The translations under genes were made by a program, and so were the position numbers. Source: Roseomonas sp. (GTDB lineage: Bacteria; Pseudomonadota; Alphaproteobacteria; Acetobacterales; Acetobacteraceae). From it: a stretch of DNA of 64,000 nucleotides. Position 1 is the first letter of the stretch; each line of letters opens with the position of its first letter. This document shows positions 1-9,128 of this stretch, one piece after another. Where the stretch lies: the NCBI GenBank assembly GCA_036499545.1, contig DASYDR010000095.1, positions 396-64,395 on the forward strand. The letters are read 5' to 3'. Under the pieces are notes generated by a model that saw only the letters and a list, made by a program, of their open reading frames with translations, was not told the DNA's origin and did no database searches.

Positions 1-671
1 GGCGGGCTGATCATATAGCCGGCGCCGCGCATGGTGCGGATCATCGGCGCCTCGCCGCCGCTCTCCAGCTTGCGGCGCAGGCGGCTGACATGCACGTCGA
101 CGACGTTGGTGGTGGGATCGAAGGAGAAGTCCCAGACCTTCTCCAGCAGCATGGTGCGGGTCAGCACCTGGCCGGGATGGCGCATCATGTACTCCAGCAG
201 CCGGAATTCGGTCGGCAGCAGCTCCACCGCCCGGCCGCCGCGCGTCACCAGCCGGCGCAGCAGGTCGATGCGCAGGTCGCCGACCGTGAGGTCGGTCGCC
301 TCCGTCTGCGCCACCGGCCGGCGCGCCAGGGCACGGACCCGGGCGCGCAGCTCCGCGAAGGCGAAGGGCTTCGCCAGGTAGTCATCGGCGCCGGCCTCCA
401 GCCCTTCCACCTTGCGGTCGACCTCACCGAGCGCGGTCAGCATCAGCACTGGCGTCGCGATGCCGGAGGCGCGGAGCGCGCGCAGGATGGCCAGCCCGTC
501 CGGTCCCGGCAGCATGCGGTCGGTGACGATGACGTCGAAGGACTCGTTCAGGGCCAGGAACAGCCCATCCTTGCCGTTGCGGGCGACGTCCACCACCAGC
601 CCTTCCTCCGAAAACCCCTTGGCGAGGTAATCGGCGGTCGCGGCGTCGTCCTCGATGATCAGCAGCCGCAC
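1..671 (-). CDS. OmpR/CusR-family response regulator (3' end runs off the left edge)
   Basis: Not in the ORF track. Manual translation from GTG at 671: VRLLIIEDDAATADYLAKGF...DVIVTDRMLPGPDG...VLMLTALG...GADDYLAKPF...TEFRLLEYMMRHPGQVLTRTMLLEKVWDFSFDPTTNVVDVHVSRLRRKL...IRTMRGAGY. This is a receiver domain plus winged helix, with a GGAGG RBS upstream. Confidence 0.92.
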   Translation of the reverse strand, partial: MRLLIIEDDAATADYLAKGFSEEGLVVDVARNGKDGLFLALNESFDVIVTDRMLPGPDGLAILRALRASGIATPVLMLTALGEVDRKVEGLEAGADDYLAKPFAFAELRARVRALARRPVAQTEATDLTVGDLRIDLLRRLVTRGGRAVELLPTEFRLLEYMMRHPGQVLTRTMLLEKVWDFSFDPTTNVVDVHVSRLRRKLESGGEAPMIRTMRGAGYMISP

Positions 672-738
672 GCGATCCGGCCTCCGGTGACAGGTTTCGT
701 GCGGGAGTCTGCACGCTCGGCCGGCGGGAAGCCAATCC

Positions 739-1542
739 TCAGCTCGGCGGCGCCGCGCGGCCGGCGGGCTTGCGGCGCCCGGCATATTCGGCCGGCCCGA
801 CGCCGAAGCTGCGGCGGAACATCGCCGTGAAGGCACTCGGGCTGTCATAGCCGAGATCGAGCGCGGTCTCGGTGACGCTGGCGCCGGCGGCGAGCTTTTC
901 CATCGCGCGCAGCAAGCGCAGCCGCTGGCGCCAGGCGGAAAAGCTCAGGCCGGTCTCGGCGGTGAAACGGCGCGTGGCGGTGCGGCGGGACAGGCCGGCC
1001 GCATCGGCCAGGCGCTCCAGCGGCCGATTATCGGCCGGATCCAGCATGATGGCATCGGCGATCGCGCGGATCTGCCGATGCGCCGGCATCGGCAGATAGG
1101 CGCGCTGGAAGGGCAGGGCCGCGATCTCGTCCAGCAGCACCGCGTCCACCCAGCGCTCGGCGGCGCTGCCTTCGCCCTGGCGCTCCGCGCAGCGCGCCAG
1201 CGCCTCCCGCAGCAGGCCGCTGGCCGGCGCCGTGCCCATGCTGCGGGACAGGGCGCCGCAGGCCTCCGCCCCGATATAGGCGGACCAGCCGGAGACCTCG
1301 CCGCGGATGGTCAGCGCATGCTCGTGCCCCGGCGGGATCCAGAAGGCGGTGCCGGCCGCGACCACCCAGCTGCCCTCCCGGGTCTGCACGACCAGCAGGC
1401 CGGACGCGACCAGCAGCAGCTGGCCGCGGATGTGCCGGTGCGGCGGGATCGCGGTCGCGCGCCCGGCATCGCGCCAGATCGCCTGCACCAGCGGCTGCCG
1501 GTCGTCATCGATATCCGCGGGGGAGGTGATAGGCGGCGCCAT
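739..1542 (-). CDS. AraC-family transcriptional regulator (cupin + HTH)
   Basis: Cupin segment HRHIRGQLLLVASG..WIPPGHEH and C-terminal AraC HTH (SRRTATRRF..LGYDSPSAFTAMFRRSFGVGP). Start placed at ATG 1542 (MAPPITS). Divergent from the TonB-dependent receptor. Confidence 0.88.
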   Translation of the reverse strand: MAPPITSPADIDDDRQPLVQAIWRDAGRATAIPPHRHIRGQLLLVASGLLVVQTREGSWVVAAGTAFWIPPGHEHALTIRGEVSGWSAYIGAEACGALSRSMGTAPASGLLREALARCAERQGEGSAAERWVDAVLLDEIAALPFQRAYLPMPAHRQIRAIADAIMLDPADNRPLERLADAAGLSRRTATRRFTAETGLSFSAWRQRLRLLRAMEKLAAGASVTETALDLGYDSPSAFTAMFRRSFGVGPAEYAGRRKPAGRAAPPS

Positions 1543-1593
1543 TGGCCTGAACTCGATACTCCATGTCCCGATCGCGGGAGCGTGACGGATATC

Positions 1594-1613
1594 GGCAATG
1601 ATAATCATTCTTA
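1594..1613. promoter_or_regulatory. Fur-type box
   Basis: GGCAATGATAATCATTCTT (1594-1612) matches the canonical GATAATGATAATCATTATC at 15 of 19 positions. It is AT-rich in a GC-rich background and lies between araC and the siderophore receptor. Confidence 0.8.
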
Positions 1614-1658
1614 TCTGAAAGCCCAAACCGCCGCCCCCAGCGAGAGATAGACCCCGCC

Positions 1659-3854
1659 ATGCTTTCCGACCGATGCCGGGCCGCCCGCCTTCTGGGGCTA
1701 TTGGCCGCGCTGACCCCGATCCCTCTGGCTTGGCCCGCGACCGGCCTGGCCCAGACCGCGGCCACCACGCCGGAGGCGGCGGCCCCGCTGGTCCTGCCGC
1801 AGGTCGAGGTCACCGGCGCGGCGAGCGGGCGCCCCTCCACCTCAGCGCCGGATGTGCGGGGCTTCGTCGCGCATGCCGACGATACCGCGACCCGCACCAA
1901 CACCTCCCTGCTGGAAACGCCGCAATCGCTTCACGTCGTGACGCGGGATCAGATCGACCAGCAGAATGCGCAGACCGTGCGCACGCTGCTGCGCTACCTG
2001 CCGGGCGTCTACTACAGCAATGACGCCAACAACCGCCTGGACGGCATCCTGGTCCGCGGCTTCCAGCCGGACCAGTATCTCGACGGGCTCAGGCTGATCG
2101 GCGGCACCTGGGCGGTGCCCAAGGTGGAACCTTTCCTGCTGGAACGCGCCCAGCTCCTGCTCGGCCCGTCCTCGGTGCTCTATGGCCAGGGGTCGCCGGG
2201 CGGGCTGCTGAACCTGGAAAGCCGGGTGCCGCCCGATGCGGCGGTGCATCACCTGCAACTGCAGGGCGGTACCTGGAACACCTGGCGCGGCAGCTTCGAT
2301 CTCGGCGGCGCGCTGAACCAGGATCGCACGCTGTTCGGGCGCATCACCGGCACCGCGACGACCAGCGAGACGCAGGTCGACCACCAGCGGGAACAGCGCG
2401 TCGCGATCGCGCCGTCGCTCAGCTGGCGGCCCAATGCCGACACCACGCTGACGGTGCTCGGCAGCTATCTCTATGACCCCTATGCCGGCTTCTGGAACCA
2501 GCTGCCCTATCAGGGCACGCTGCTGCCCAACCGCTATGGGCCGCTGCCGCGCGACTTCTTCGTCGGCGATGACCAGTACGAGCATTTCACCCGCCAGCAG
2601 GCGATGATCGGCTACCAGTTCTGGCACCGCTTCGACGACACCTGGTCGGTGACGCAGAACCTGCGCTACACCCAGATCAACACCGATTATCGCGAGATCC
2701 AGGGCTCTTCCCTGCTCGCGGACCAGCGCACCCTGACCCGCAATGCCTATTCTTCCGACGAGAACCTGAACACGCTGGCGATCGACACCCGGGCGCAGGC
2801 ACGCTTCGCCACCTGGATGCTGGATCACACCGTCCTGCTGGGCGTCGACTACCAGCACAGCAATTGGCGCAACCTCACCCGCTTCGGCACCGCGCCGTCG
2901 CTCGACATCGTCAATCCGGATTACCACATGGCGGCGCTGGGCCGCTTCCTGCCGCCGCCGCTGTTCCAGAACGCACGGCAGACCCAGAATCAGCTGGGCG
3001 GCTATGTGCAGGACCAGATCCGCTTCGGCGGCTGGACGCTGCTGCTGGCCGGGCGCTGGGACGCCTATACCAACCGGACGCTGAACCGCCTCAACGGGGT
3101 GACGACCGACAGCTCGGCGACCCACGCCACCGGCCATATCGGGCTGAACTACGTCTTCGCCAACGGCATCGCGCCCTATGTCAGCTACGCCACCTCCTTC
3201 CAGCCGGTCGCCGGTGTCTCCCGCACCGGCGAGAGCTTCCGGCCCACCACCGGCACGCAGTACGAAGCCGGCATCCGCTACCAGCCGCCCGACCTGAACG
3301 CCCTGTTCACCGCCGCGATCTTCGACCTGCGGCAGGACAACGTCTCGACCACCGATCCGGTGAACACGCTGTTCCTGGTGCAGACCGGCCAGGTGCGTTC
3401 GCGCGGGCTCGAATTGTCGGCGACGGCGAGCCCGCTGCCCGGGCTCAACCTGCGCGCCGCCTACACCTATCTGGAGACGGAGATCACGCGATCGAACGTG
3501 CCGGGCACGGTGGGCCGCCGCCAACCCAATGTGCCGCAGAACATCGCCAGCCTCTTCGCCAGCTACAGCTTCCAGGACCGGCCGCTGCGCGGCCTGACCC
3601 TCGGTGGCGGCCTCCGCTATACCGGTACCGCGTATACGACGCAGCAGAACACGCAGCGCATGCCGGGCTACACCACCGTCGATGCCCTGGTCAGCTACGA
3701 CCTCGGCGCCATGACGGACCGGCTCCGCGGGGCGGTGGTGTCCGTGAACGCGCAGAACATCTTCAACAAGCGCTACGAATCGACCTGCTCCGTGCTCGGC
3801 TGCTACTACGGCGTCGGCCGCCAGGTGACGGCGAGCCTCGACTTCTCATGGTGA
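1659..3854 (+). CDS. TonB-dependent siderophore receptor (FhuA-like)
   Basis: Signal peptide, plug motif ETPQSLHVVTRDQI..LLRYLPGV, LLGPSSVLYGQGSPGGLLN, and a C-terminal NAQNIFNK..W beta-barrel end. No N-terminal signalling extension. Confidence 0.93.
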   Translation: MLSDRCRAARLLGLLAALTPIPLAWPATGLAQTAATTPEAAAPLVLPQVEVTGAASGRPSTSAPDVRGFVAHADDTATRTNTSLLETPQSLHVVTRDQIDQQNAQTVRTLLRYLPGVYYSNDANNRLDGILVRGFQPDQYLDGLRLIGGTWAVPKVEPFLLERAQLLLGPSSVLYGQGSPGGLLNLESRVPPDAAVHHLQLQGGTWNTWRGSFDLGGALNQDRTLFGRITGTATTSETQVDHQREQRVAIAPSLSWRPNADTTLTVLGSYLYDPYAGFWNQLPYQGTLLPNRYGPLPRDFFVGDDQYEHFTRQQAMIGYQFWHRFDDTWSVTQNLRYTQINTDYREIQGSSLLADQRTLTRNAYSSDENLNTLAIDTRAQARFATWMLDHTVLLGVDYQHSNWRNLTRFGTAPSLDIVNPDYHMAALGRFLPPPLFQNARQTQNQLGGYVQDQIRFGGWTLLLAGRWDAYTNRTLNRLNGVTTDSSATHATGHIGLNYVFANGIAPYVSYATSFQPVAGVSRTGESFRPTTGTQYEAGIRYQPPDLNALFTAAIFDLRQDNVSTTDPVNTLFLVQTGQVRSRGLELSATASPLPGLNLRAAYTYLETEITRSNVPGTVGRRQPNVPQNIASLFASYSFQDRPLRGLTLGGGLRYTGTAYTTQQNTQRMPGYTTVDALVSYDLGAMTDRLRGAVVSVNAQNIFNKRYESTCSVLGCYYGVGRQVTASLDFSW

Positions 3855-4750
3855 ATGACCGACGGCGTGGCGCGACCATGCCGCGCCGCGCGGTTCCGGG
3901 CCGGCGGGCGCTGTTCGCCAGCGTCGGCGGTCTTCTGCTGGCCTCCGGCGCGGCGGCGGCGGACGCGGCGCGCATCGCGGTGCTCGACTGGGGGCTGGTG
4001 CAGACCTGCCTCGCGCTCGGCCGCGCGCCCATCGGGGTGCCGGCGCCCCCTTGGTATGACCGCTATGCCGGCGCGCCGCTGTTGCCGCCGGGCGTCACCG
4101 ATATCGGCCTGCTGTTCACCCCGAATTTCGAGCTGGTGCAGGAACTGGCGCCGGACGCCATCGTGATCCCGCCGGCGCTCGGCGTCGTCCGGCCGCTGCT
4201 GGCGCGCATCGCGCCGGTGGTGACGGGCGCCATCTTCCGCCCCGCTCCCGGCGCGCTCGATTTCGCGCGCGCCGGCACCCGGCGCCTGGGGCTGGAACTC
4301 GGCCTCGATGCGGCGGCGCTGGAAGCGGCCTGCGATGCCGCGCTGGACGCGGCGCGCGCCGCGCTCGCCGGCCAGGATGGGCGTGGCCTCTATCTGGTCA
4401 GCGTGCTCGATGAACGGCACCTCATCGTCTTCGGTGCCGGCAGCCTGCACCAGGACGTGCTGACGCGGCTTGGCCTGCGCAACGCCTGGGACCTGCCGGT
4501 GCGCGGCGAATTCGCGACCATCGGCGCGGAAGCGCTGGCGCGAGATCCGGAAGCCCGCATCATCGACATCACCCCCGGCTTCGGCAGCCGCTCGGCGGCG
4601 ATCGCGCGCAACCCGGTCTGGGCGGCGCTGCCGCCGGTCCGCGCCGGCCGCGTGCATCGGATCGGCCCGGTGCTGGGCTCCGGCGGGCTGCCCGCGGCCG
4701 CGCGCTTCGCCGGCCTGCTGGCTGAAGCGCTGATACGGGGGGCAGCGTGA
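3851..4750 (+). CDS. fhuD: Iron-siderophore ABC transporter substrate-binding protein (FhuD-like)
   Basis: C-terminal part of ORF 2864..4750: RIAVLDWGLVQTCLALG..P.G, DIGLLFTPNFELVQELAPD. Tat-like RRALF leader. The GTG start overlaps the receptor TGA (alternative ATG at 3878). Confidence 0.85.
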   Translation: MNDRRRGATMPRRAVPGRRALFASVGGLLLASGAAAADAARIAVLDWGLVQTCLALGRAPIGVPAPPWYDRYAGAPLLPPGVTDIGLLFTPNFELVQELAPDAIVIPPALGVVRPLLARIAPVVTGAIFRPAPGALDFARAGTRRLGLELGLDAAALEAACDAALDAARAALAGQDGRGLYLVSVLDERHLIVFGAGSLHQDVLTRLGLRNAWDLPVRGEFATIGAEALARDPEARIIDITPGFGSRSAAIARNPVWAALPPVRAGRVHRIGPVLGSGGLPAAARFAGLLAEALIRGAA

Positions 4751-6678
4751 TCCCATCGCGTCACAGCGCGATCTGGCTTGGGCTGGCACTGCTCGGCGCC
4801 GCGGCGGCCATGGCCGTGCCCGGCCTGGTCGCCGCGGCCGATGCGCCGCTCGCATCGCTGGTGCTGTGGAACAGCAGCCTGCCGCGCGCCGCCGTCGCCC
4901 TGCTCGCCGGTGCCGCGCTAGGGCTCGCCGGGGTGCTGTTCCAACAGGCGCTGCGCAACCCGCTGGCCGAACCCGGGACGCTCGGTGTCTCCGGCGGCGC
5001 CTACCTGGCGCTGGCGGCCAGCAGCATCCTGATCCCCGGCCTGCCGGCCTGGACGCGGGAAGCCACCGCGCTGGCAGGCGGGCTGGCGGCGGCGGCGCTG
5101 GTTTTCGGCCTCGCCTGGCGGCAGGCCCTGGCGCCGATGGCGGTGATCCTGGCCGGGCTGATCGTGGAACTGATCTGCGGCGCGCTGGTCGCCAGCGCCG
5201 CGCTGTTCGGCGGGGCGGGCTTCCAGAGCATCTTCCTCTGGGCCAGCGGATCCCTGGTGCAGGGCGGCTGGCCGGTGGCCACGGCGCTCGCGCTGCGCCT
5301 GCTGGTTGCCGGGGCGCTGGCGGCCGCGCTGCTGCGCCCGCTGCGGCTCCTGGATATCGGGGATGAAGGGGCGGGCGCGCTCGGCATGGCGGTGCGGCGC
5401 GTGCGCCTGCTGGCCCTGGCCGTCGCGATCGGGATCAGCGCCAGCGTCGTCAGCATGGTCGGCGTGATCGGCTTCATCGGGCTGGCGGCGCCGGCGCTGG
5501 CGCGGCTCGCCGGCGCCCGGCATCTCGGCGCCCGGCTCATCGCCGCGCCGCTGATCGGCGCCGCGCTGCTGTGGCTGGCCGATGGCGCGGTGCAGGCGAT
5601 CGGCACCTTGCGGGAAATGCCGGCCGGTGCCGCCACCGCCCTGTTCGGCGCGCCGCTGCTGCTGTGGCTGCTGCCGCGCCTGCGGCCAGGCGCACCGCCG
5701 CCGCGCGGCGCGGCCGCGCCGCCACGCCGGTTGCGCCATCCGCTGGCATGGGTGGCGGCGGGGCTGTTGCTGCTGGCGCTGGTGGTCTGGCTCTCGCTGA
5801 CCGTCGGGCGCGGTGTCACCGGCTGGCAGTGGCGCGGCTGGGACGCGGTGCAGCCATTGCTGTTCTGGCGGTTGCCGCGGCTCGGCGCCGCGCTGTCCGC
5901 CGGTGTCATGCTGGCGGCGGCCGGCTGCATCCTGCAGCGCCTGACCGGCAATCCGATGGCAAGCCCGGAGGTGCTGGGCGTCAGCGCCGGCGCCGCGCTC
6001 GGCAGCATCCTGCTGCTGCTCCTGGTCCCGGGTTTCGACCGGACCACCCTGCTGACCGCCGCCGCGCTCGGCGCGCTCGCCGCGCAGGGCCTGCTGCTGT
6101 GGCTCGGCCGGCGCAGCGGGCAGGCGCCGGAGCCGATGCTGCTCGGCGGCATCGCGCTGGCGACCGTGCTGGGCGGCACGGTCGCGGCCTTCCTGGCCAG
6201 CGGCGATCCCCGCGCCCTGATCGTCGCGCAATGGCTGAGCGGCACCACCTACCTAGTGACCCCGCCGCTCGCCTGGCTCAGCGCCGGCATCGCCCTGCTG
6301 CTCTGCCCCATCGCCCTGCTGGCCGGGCGATGGCTGGATATCCTGCCGCTGGGCGATGCCGCGGCGCGCGGGCTGGGTCTGCGGCTGGCCTGGGCGCGGG
6401 GCCTGCTGCTGCTGCTCGCGGCGCTGCTGACCGCCGCGGCCACCGTGGTGGTCGGGCCGTTGAGCTTCGTCGGCTTGCTGGCGCCGCATGCGGCGCGGCT
6501 GCTCGGCCTGGCGCGCGCGGTACCGCAGATCCTGGGCGCCCTGCTCATCGGCGCCGTCATCATGGTGGCGGCGGATTGGCTCGGCCGCGTCCTGCTGTTT
6601 CCCGCGCAGATGCCGGCCGGCCTGGTCGCCACCCTGATCGGAACCCCCTGTCTTCTCTGGCTGATGCGGAGGCGTTGA
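4747..6678 (+). CDS. fhuB: Fe-hydroxamate ABC transporter permease (fused two-domain FhuB)
   Basis: Two FecCD repeats: LPRAAVALLAGAALG..QQALRNPLAEPGTLGVSGGA and LPRLGAALSAG..QRLTGNPMASPEVLGVSAGA. GTGA overlap with fhuD. Confidence 0.92.
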   Translation: MIPSRHSAIWLGLALLGAAAAMAVPGLVAAADAPLASLVLWNSSLPRAAVALLAGAALGLAGVLFQQALRNPLAEPGTLGVSGGAYLALAASSILIPGLPAWTREATALAGGLAAAALVFGLAWRQALAPMAVILAGLIVELICGALVASAALFGGAGFQSIFLWASGSLVQGGWPVATALALRLLVAGALAAALLRPLRLLDIGDEGAGALGMAVRRVRLLALAVAIGISASVVSMVGVIGFIGLAAPALARLAGARHLGARLIAAPLIGAALLWLADGAVQAIGTLREMPAGAATALFGAPLLLWLLPRLRPGAPPPRGAAAPPRRLRHPLAWVAAGLLLLALVVWLSLTVGRGVTGWQWRGWDAVQPLLFWRLPRLGAALSAGVMLAAAGCILQRLTGNPMASPEVLGVSAGAALGSILLLLLVPGFDRTTLLTAAALGALAAQGLLLWLGRRSGQAPEPMLLGGIALATVLGGTVAAFLASGDPRALIVAQWLSGTTYLVTPPLAWLSAGIALLLCPIALLAGRWLDILPLGDAAARGLGLRLAWARGLLLLLAALLTAAATVVVGPLSFVGLLAPHAARLLGLARAVPQILGALLIGAVIMVAADWLGRVLLFPAQMPAGLVATLIGTPCLLWLMRRR

Positions 6679-6684
6679 GCGTCG

Positions 6685-8313
6685 ATGCAGCTTGAATTCC
6701 TGCGGCTGCTGCGGCCCCTGTTGCCGCTCGGCCTCGCCGCCACCGCGATGGGCATCGCCAGCGGCCTCGCCACCGCGGCGCTGCTCGCCCTGACCAACCG
6801 CGCCCTGCAATCGCCGGAGGGCGCGGCGAACGGGGTGCTGCTGGGCTTCGCCGGCCTCTGCGCCCTGGTCCTGCTGGGCGAGATCGCTTCCGATATCGGC
6901 ACCAGCCTGGTCGGGCAGCGGGCGCTGGCGCGGCTGCGCGAAGGTCTCTGCGATCGCATCCTCGATGCGCCGATCGCGCGGATCGAAGCGCAGAAGGCGC
7001 ATCGCCTGCTCGCCATGCTGGCCGAGGATATCGACACCATCAGCAACGCCACCTTCAGCTTCTCGAGCGTCGCCATCGCGACCGCGGTGGCGCTCGGCTG
7101 CCTGGGCTACCTGCTGGTGCTGTCGCCGCCGCTGTTCCTGGTCGTCGCGCTCGGTATCGGGCTCGGCGCCGCCGGCCACGCGCTGGCGCGCCGGCGGGGC
7201 CTGGCAGGCTTCGCGGAAGCGCGGGAAGCGGGCGACACGCTGCAGCGGCACTACCGTGCGATGCTGGACGGCGCCAAGGAGCTGAAGCTGAATCGCGCCC
7301 GGCGTGAAGCATTGCGCACGGACGGGCTGCGCGTGACCATCGGGCGCATCCGTGATCTCCGCATGCGCGCCATCCGGGTCTTCGTCAGCGCCAATGCCTT
7401 CGGCTCCCTGCTCTATTTCGCGATGATCGGGCTGATCCTCTGGCTCTCCCCGGCCTGGGCCGGGACGGATCGCGGGGTGCTGAGCGGCTTCGTGCTGGTG
7501 CTGCTGTATCTGAAGGGGCCGGTCGAACAGATCGTCCATGCCCTGCCGCTGTTCGGCCGGGCGCAGATCGCGCTGCGCAAGGTCGCCGGCCTCTCCGCCG
7601 GCTTCCAGGACCGGGGCGCGATGGTACCGGATGCGCCGCCGGCCGGCTTCGCGGGATCGATCGCGCTCCGTGGCGCGACGCATGCCTTTCCGGCCGCGCC
7701 GGGCCAGGCGCCCTTCGTGCTCGGGCCGATCGACCTGCAGATCGCGCGGGGCGAGACGGTCTTCATCGTGGGCGAGAATGGCTGCGGCAAGACCACGCTG
7801 ATCAAGCTGCTACTAGGGCTCTATCCGCCCGGCGACGGCGCGCTGCTGCTGGATGGCGCGGTGGTGCCGCCCGAGGGCATGGATGACTACCGCCAGCTTT
7901 TCTCCGCGGTCTTCTCCGACTACTTCCTGTTCGATGACCTGCCGACCGCGCAGGCCGACATGGCGCGGCGCGCGGCGCATTACCTGGACCGGTTCGAGAT
8001 CGCGCACCGCGTCCGGATCGAGGCCGGCGCCTTCACCTCGCTCGACCTCTCGACCGGGCAGCGCAAGCGCCTGGCCCTGATCCAGGCCTGGCTGGAGGAG
8101 CGGCCGATCATGATGTTCGACGAATGGGCGGCCGACCAGGACCCGACCTTCCGCCGCATCTTCTATACGGAACTCTTGCCGGAGCTGAAGCGGATGGGCC
8201 GCACGCTGATCGTGGTCTCCCATGACGACCGCTATTTCGACGCCGCCGACCGGATCATCCGGCTGCAGGCAGGGCGCATCGCGGAGGACCGGCGCATGGC
8301 GCCGGCGGCGTGA
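6685..8313 (+). CDS. Cyclic-peptide export ABC transporter (SyrD/PvdE/YojI family)
   Basis: N-terminal TMD fused to an NBD with GENGCGKTT, LSTGQRKRLAL and MMFDEWAADQDPTFRRIFY..LL..LK..G.T.IVVSHDDRYF, which is the family hallmark. Confidence 0.9.
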   Translation: MQLEFLRLLRPLLPLGLAATAMGIASGLATAALLALTNRALQSPEGAANGVLLGFAGLCALVLLGEIASDIGTSLVGQRALARLREGLCDRILDAPIARIEAQKAHRLLAMLAEDIDTISNATFSFSSVAIATAVALGCLGYLLVLSPPLFLVVALGIGLGAAGHALARRRGLAGFAEAREAGDTLQRHYRAMLDGAKELKLNRARREALRTDGLRVTIGRIRDLRMRAIRVFVSANAFGSLLYFAMIGLILWLSPAWAGTDRGVLSGFVLVLLYLKGPVEQIVHALPLFGRAQIALRKVAGLSAGFQDRGAMVPDAPPAGFAGSIALRGATHAFPAAPGQAPFVLGPIDLQIARGETVFIVGENGCGKTTLIKLLLGLYPPGDGALLLDGAVVPPEGMDDYRQLFSAVFSDYFLFDDLPTAQADMARRAAHYLDRFEIAHRVRIEAGAFTSLDLSTGQRKRLALIQAWLEERPIMMFDEWAADQDPTFRRIFYTELLPELKRMGRTLIVVSHDDRYFDAADRIIRLQAGRIAEDRRMAPAA

Positions 8314-9095
8314 CCATGACCGCACCGCTCTATGCGCTGGAGGATGCCGGCTTCACGGTATCCGGCCGCACCATCCTGCATCCGCTGCGCTGCGACCTGC
8401 CGGCCGGGCGGGTGATCGGCCTGATCGGGCATAATGGCTCCGGCAAGTCGACATTGGTGAAGCTGCTGGCCCGGCAACAGGCGGCGAGCGCCGGGGCCAT
8501 CCACTTCGAAGGCATGGCGCTCAGGGCCTGGCCGGGGCGCGGCTTCGCCCGCCGCGTCGCCTATCTGCCGCAGCAGACCGCGCCCGCCACCGGCCTGCTG
8601 GTGCGGGAACTGGTGGCGCTCGGACGCTACCCCTGGCATGGCACGCTCGGCCGCTTCGGGGCCGCCGACCGCGCCAAGGTGGCCGAGGCCCTGCGGCTGA
8701 CCGGGACCGAGGTCTTCGCCGACCGGCTGGTCGACACGCTCTCCGGCGGCGAACGCCAACGCGCCTGGCTTGCCATGCTGGTCGCCCAGGATGCCGCCTG
8801 CCTGCTGCTCGACGAACCGATCGCCGCACTCGACGTCGCGCATCAGGTGGAGATGCTGGCCCTGGTCCAGCGGCTCAGCCGGGAGCGCGGGGTGAGTGTC
8901 ATCGTCGTGCTGCACGACGTGAACATGGCGGCGCGCTTCTGCGACGAGATCCTGGCCCTGCATGGCGGCCGGCTGATCGCGCGCGGCACGCCGGAGGCGA
9001 TCATGACCCCTTCGGTGCTGGCGTCGATCTATGGCGTGCCGATGGCGACGCTGCCGCATCCCGACGGCGTCGGCGTCATCGGATTCGTGCGGTAG
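8310..9095 (+). CDS. fhuC: Fe-siderophore ABC transporter ATP-binding protein
   Basis: GHNGSGKST, LSGGERQRAWLAMLVAQD, LLLDEP..ALDVAHQVE, VLHDVNMAARFCD. GTGA overlap with the exporter stop codon. Confidence 0.92.
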   Translation: MTMTAPLYALEDAGFTVSGRTILHPLRCDLPAGRVIGLIGHNGSGKSTLVKLLARQQAASAGAIHFEGMALRAWPGRGFARRVAYLPQQTAPATGLLVRELVALGRYPWHGTLGRFGAADRAKVAEALRLTGTEVFADRLVDTLSGGERQRAWLAMLVAQDAACLLLDEPIAALDVAHQVEMLALVQRLSRERGVSVIVVLHDVNMAARFCDEILALHGGRLIARGTPEAIMTPSVLASIYGVPMATLPHPDGVGVIGFVR

Positions 9096-9128
9096 CGGAC
9101 GCGCTCTCGTGCCGCCCCGCGTGGTGTT

